This document shows positions 59,294-64,000 of a stretch of 64,000 bases of DNA, one piece after another. Source of the DNA: Octopus sinensis (taxonomy: Eukaryota); NCBI RefSeq assembly GCF_006345805.1, contig NC_043024.1, forward strand, positions 5,332,001 to 5,396,000, given 5' to 3'. The position numbers and the translations under genes were made by a program. Numbering within the stretch: position 1 is the stretch's first letter; every line of letters begins with the position of its first letter. A model generated the notes under the pieces. The model saw only the letters and a list, made by a program, of their open reading frames with translations, was not told where the DNA came from and searched no databases.

Positions 59294-60079
59294 AAATATT
59301 TAAATATTTGTCAACACCAGTCATGGTATATAATAGAAACATTTATATATATATATAAATATATAAAAACACACACACATATATGTACACACACACATAT
59401 ATATATGTCGAAAACTTTAGATTAAAAAATCCTGCCTATCTTAATTTTGAAAAATAAATTTTTTTAAACCCGCATTATTTATGGAATGACACAGAATATG
59501 TGTCTATCCTTCACTCACCGATTTACGTGTCTGTCCGACTGTTGTCTGTCTGTCTCTCTTCATCTCCATCTCTCACCCTCTACACCATACCGCTGGCATA
59601 ACGTTTGGTGTTAAGGGAGACTACTCACAAATATACTGTATAGGAGTTACCTCCCTTGAAGAGTGCCTTGAAACCACTTGACAACCGTATTCTGATGTTT
59701 ATATCTTAAGGGAGACTACTCTCAAATATACATTGTTTATATATAAGAGTTCTCTCCCTTGATATAATTTACCTACAAAATAGATTTTCTCGTCCGTCGT
59801 TTACTGATTTCAATTCTTGGACAAGGCCATGCTGGAGCACCACATCGACGTGTTTTCTCACACTCATCGAAGGCTGCCCTTATCTCTCTTCACACTGCTA
59901 CTCATTCCTTCGTTCTCCTTTTGTTGAATTGCTAAGTTACGATGACGTAAACAGCCAAAACCGAAAATGAATCGGTCACGAGGGAGAAACACAAGTCACA
60001 GATATGGAAATATATGTGTGGGCGTGTGTGTGCGCGTGTTTGCGCACTTAAGTGTATGTGTGTGAGATATATATATATA

Positions 60080-60152
<73 letters not shown>

Positions 60153-60387
60153 ATATGTATGTAAATATATATATACATTTAGACATACATACATATATAC
60201 ATACATACATATATATATATATATATGTATGTATATATATATATATATGTGTATACAGGTATATATCATCATCATCATCATATATATATATATATATATT
60301 ATATTGATTTGCCTAATTGTGGTTTTATCTCTAATTTAATATAATATATACTATACATATATATTTACATATAATATATATATGTAT

Positions 60388-61867
60388 ACTTTTCTACAAG
60401 AGTGGTCCCGGTGCTAGCTAGTCGTGACTAGTCGATCTTACAAAGACTACGTAACGCTAGTGCGCGACTAAAAATCACACTCGCCTGCACTAGACATGTA
60501 TGAGGTTTTTTTAACAAATAATTTTTTTTAAACAAAATAAAACACAAAGTAAGTAATTTCTTTTTTTGAGTCTTTTATTTACTTTGTTTAAGACAAAACC
60601 CATTTTATTTTATATATATTCAGCCATTATATACATATATTATTATGCGTGCATCTGTTAATTTGCATACTCGCGCAAGGTAGTCGTTGAAGGATGAAGG
60701 ATCGACCAGTGAAGACGGACTAGCACGAGTGCGCGCACCGGGACCGTTCATCTTGAGTAGTACCTTTGGTAGAGTATGGAGGACTGGTTATGTGGTCATG
60801 CTGCCTCTAATTTTTATTTCATCCCCCTGCAATGCTTCTAGATGTCTCACCAACGTATGTAATGTTCTTGTCTTTACAAGCACCCCACAACAAAATCTCT
60901 GTCTATAGATGGGTAGAGGCGAATTATATCCATTCTACCCGGACACAACCTGTGAGGTGTTCAGAGGGTTTGCAGCTATTGATTCTATTGAGGAGATCCT
61001 CCCTGCTCACAAAGACGTGTGTCGCCATTTCCGTGATTGGTCGTAACCCCTGCGAGAGGAAGGAGAATAATTACCGTTGTCCCTTTTTTAATGAAGGACT
61101 CATGAAATTGTAAGATGTATTTGTAAGATGTATTTGGAGCCGACTCTACTTTTTGGGGTTTATAAAATATTAATGTTGATGATAATAATAATAATAATAA
61201 TTTTTCTTTTTTGTATTTTTAAGTACAAAACCTGAAATTTGTTGGAAGGTGATGAGTTAATTTCAGGGACTCGAGTGCTCTACTGCTTATTTTATTTACC
61301 TCGAAAGGATGAAAGTCGACCTCAGTGGAAGTCATACTTTGAAAGGAAAGATGTTTGGAGCACCAACTCATGACAGACGAAATATAAAGAGGGGCCTTCA
61401 CTGTGGGCTAGCTAGCAAGCTGGTCTTCAGAGAAGGGACTCCTGGTTAGGTGGGAGGTGCATCTGGATGCTCAAATGATCGATCGTACTCGCCCTCACAG
61501 TGTGTACCTGATTGAAGAGAAATAAACAATGCACAGACACACTCCCATTCCTGATTGCTTTTATCTCTAGTTTGACAAAGCTATTTACAAACGAAATGCT
61601 GTTAAGCAATTAATCCGGCATCTTAGTGATTCTGCCAGTATTTAATATTGTAGCAAGTCAGGAAAGCTATTTTAGTTGTCACACCATAGCACTGTTCTGC
61701 TATGTCATTCTTCAGCCCATCAGGGTGGGCACGTATGGATCCTAGAGGGCAATTCAGTATCCATGAAGAGAAGTGGGAGTTTTAATTAGTTTGCGGAAAG
61801 GCGGCAGACGAGTAACAATGCTTCTTTATCATTAACTCTGATCACTTCATAAACAGCCCATTTCACT
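60388..61867. repeat. Second copy of the 1.4-kb duplicate
   Basis: See 51941-53306. Confidence 0.92.
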
Positions 61868-62475
61868 TGTGGCAACTTAGCTCTGTGAAATTCTGGATGG
61901 CATCAACTCACTACTCTGGTCATGTTATGCCCACTATATTTTCGTTGTCAAGCAATGCTAGGGGGGACAAACACAGACACACAAACGGACACATGCATAT
62001 ATATATATATATATGTATGTATATATATATATACGACGGGCTTCTTTTTCAGTTTCCGTCTACCAAATCCACTCACAAGGCTTTGGTCGGCCTGAGGCTA
62101 TAATAGAAGACACTTGCCCAAGGTGCCACGCAGTAGGACTGAACCCGGAACCATGTGGTTGGTAAACAAGCTACTTACCACACAGCCACTCCTGCGCCTA
62201 CATATAGATGAAGATAGAATAAGATATGGGTGGCAGTCATATCTTGTAAAATCTGAAACCTGCAGGTCCCACATTATCCTTTTCCGGGTATTTCATCTTT
62301 CAGATGTTCTCCCTGGAGGTAAGACGTTTTTCTCTAGTTTGTTGCACACACGCATATTTACTAATACATACGCGGTGAAGCTATATATTAGCGTCGTATT
62401 TTTACGTTCGCTAATTCCAGTAAATATCGGTACTTAGTTGTGCCATTTATTTACTACTTTGTGTATTTACTACTT

Positions 62476-62532
<57 letters not shown>

Positions 62533-63356
62533 CAAAGTTGAGTTGTGGGGTATCGCACGAGTGGAATTATATACGAAAGAAGGTTTGAAAATGCAATTTA
62601 AAAGATGTTTATTTACTTTACCGGTTTCACTCTTTGGAAAAAGATTATCAAAAGTAACATGTGGAAGTTTGGTTGCGTTAATTATTGGTTGTTGCAAATT
62701 GCTACATTACATATATATATACAGTCTTTGGTAACAGGGACATGTTAAGGACATAAAAAAGTACAACAGTATGTTGGGAATATAAAGAGGTTTAACAAGC
62801 TCATTGAAAACATCGGCAGAAAAGATTAAAATATATATATATTATACATCTCAGGGTAATTTCCAGGAAGAATTATTAAAAAAATTCAGTACAGAATATT
62901 ATGAATTCAAAAAGATTTACATTAACGTAGTGGCGAGGTTGTTACTGACCTGTCCGTTTTAGCGAAAATGTGGAATTGAAAAGGATGTACCCGTTTTTTT
63001 CTTTTTTTGGCTTTCCTTCAAGCATCAATGATTTTGGGGTTAGGATGAGGTGAATATGTGTGTCTCTGCGTGTATGTGTGTGTGCATACATATACATGTG
63101 GTGTGAATAGATGTGTCTGTAGTATTTGGTCAGATGGTGTCTGTTTGTCAAATGTGTGTGTGGTTGTCATGGTGTTGTGTGTGCGTGTGTGTGTGCGTGT
63201 GTACGCATGTATGTGTGTGGATGGCATTTGACATGCTGCGTGTGTATATATGTGTGCCTGTATGGAGGTGAGATTGGTGTGTGTGTGTCCCTGTGTGCGT
63301 GCACATACATGTATACAAGTGTCTGTGTGTGGGGGCTGTTTTTGATTGGTTCCAGG

Positions 63357-63640
63357 GTGGTGTAAATAGATGTGTGTTGTTTAAAGAATTTTTTTGGGTA
63401 GGATGGTGTGTGTATATGCGTGCCCGCATATACATATACACAATGCACATACATATAATGCACATATCATCATCATCATCATCATCATTTAGCGTCCGTG
63501 GTGTAAATAGATGTGTGTTGTTTAAAGAATTTTTTTGGGTAGGATGGTGTGTGTATATGCGTGCCCACATATACATATACACAATGCACATACATATAAT
63601 GCACATATCATCATCATCATCATCATCATTTAGCGTCCGT
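63357..63640. repeat. 141-bp tandem duplication
   Basis: gtggtgtaaatagatgtgtg starts at 63357 and 63498. Confidence 0.9.
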
Positions 63641-63960
63641 TTTCCATGCTAGTATGGGTTGGACGGTTCTACTGGGGTCTGTGAAGCCAGAAGGCTTCAT
63701 CAGGCCCAGTCAAATCTGGCAGTGTTTCTACGGCTGGATGCCCTTCCTAACGCCAACCACTCCGTGAGTGTAGTGGGTGCTTTTTACGTGCCACCCGCAC
63801 TGGTGCCAGACAGAGCTGGCAAACGGCCACGAACGGATGGTGCTTTTTATGTGCCACCGGCACGAGGGCCAGGCGAGGCTGGCAACGGACACGAAACGGG
63901 GCGGTGCTGGCAACGGTCGCGAAACGGAAAGTTCTCTTACATGCCACCGGCACATCTGCA
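63610..63960 (-). repeat. SINE-like element with RTE-type tail and internal tandem motifs
   Basis: catcatcatttagcgtccgttttcc...; repeated ttttta(c/t)gtgccacc. Confidence 0.7.
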
Positions 63961-64000
63961 ATTTCCATTGATCGATTTCCATTGATCGATTTCGATTCTG

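Overview
AT-rich eukaryotic DNA, most likely an octopus (inference from the [17 protein letters not shown] finger style, the tRNA-derived SINE families and the dense (TA)n tracts). The window is a decaying tandem cluster of C2H2 zinc-finger gene units. It holds two open minus-strand finger ORFs (2567-3172, 7 finger units; 26020-26964, 11 fingers) in duplicated units, plus an orphan 5' module, orphan 3' flanks and three finger relics. These are interleaved with a near-complete Tx1/L1 LINE, a truncated Ty3/gypsy element, CR1/L2-type and RTE LINE fragments, mariner, piggyBac, Tc2-like and Helitron-like DNA elements, and many SINEs. The strongest candidate for something new is a ~2.4 kb 27-bp array (39045-41472). 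Its minus-strand frame (YQIVDEYTW)n varies mostly synonymously or conservatively and sits between a splice-acceptor-like site and an AATAAA, so it may be an exon of an unannotated aromatic/acidic repeat protein. Other notable points are finger turnover between the paralogs, a shared in-frame UAG ahead of a further finger, independent transposon insertions at homologous sites, small hammerhead-like motifs and two large hairpins. All identities and alignments were judged by eye.
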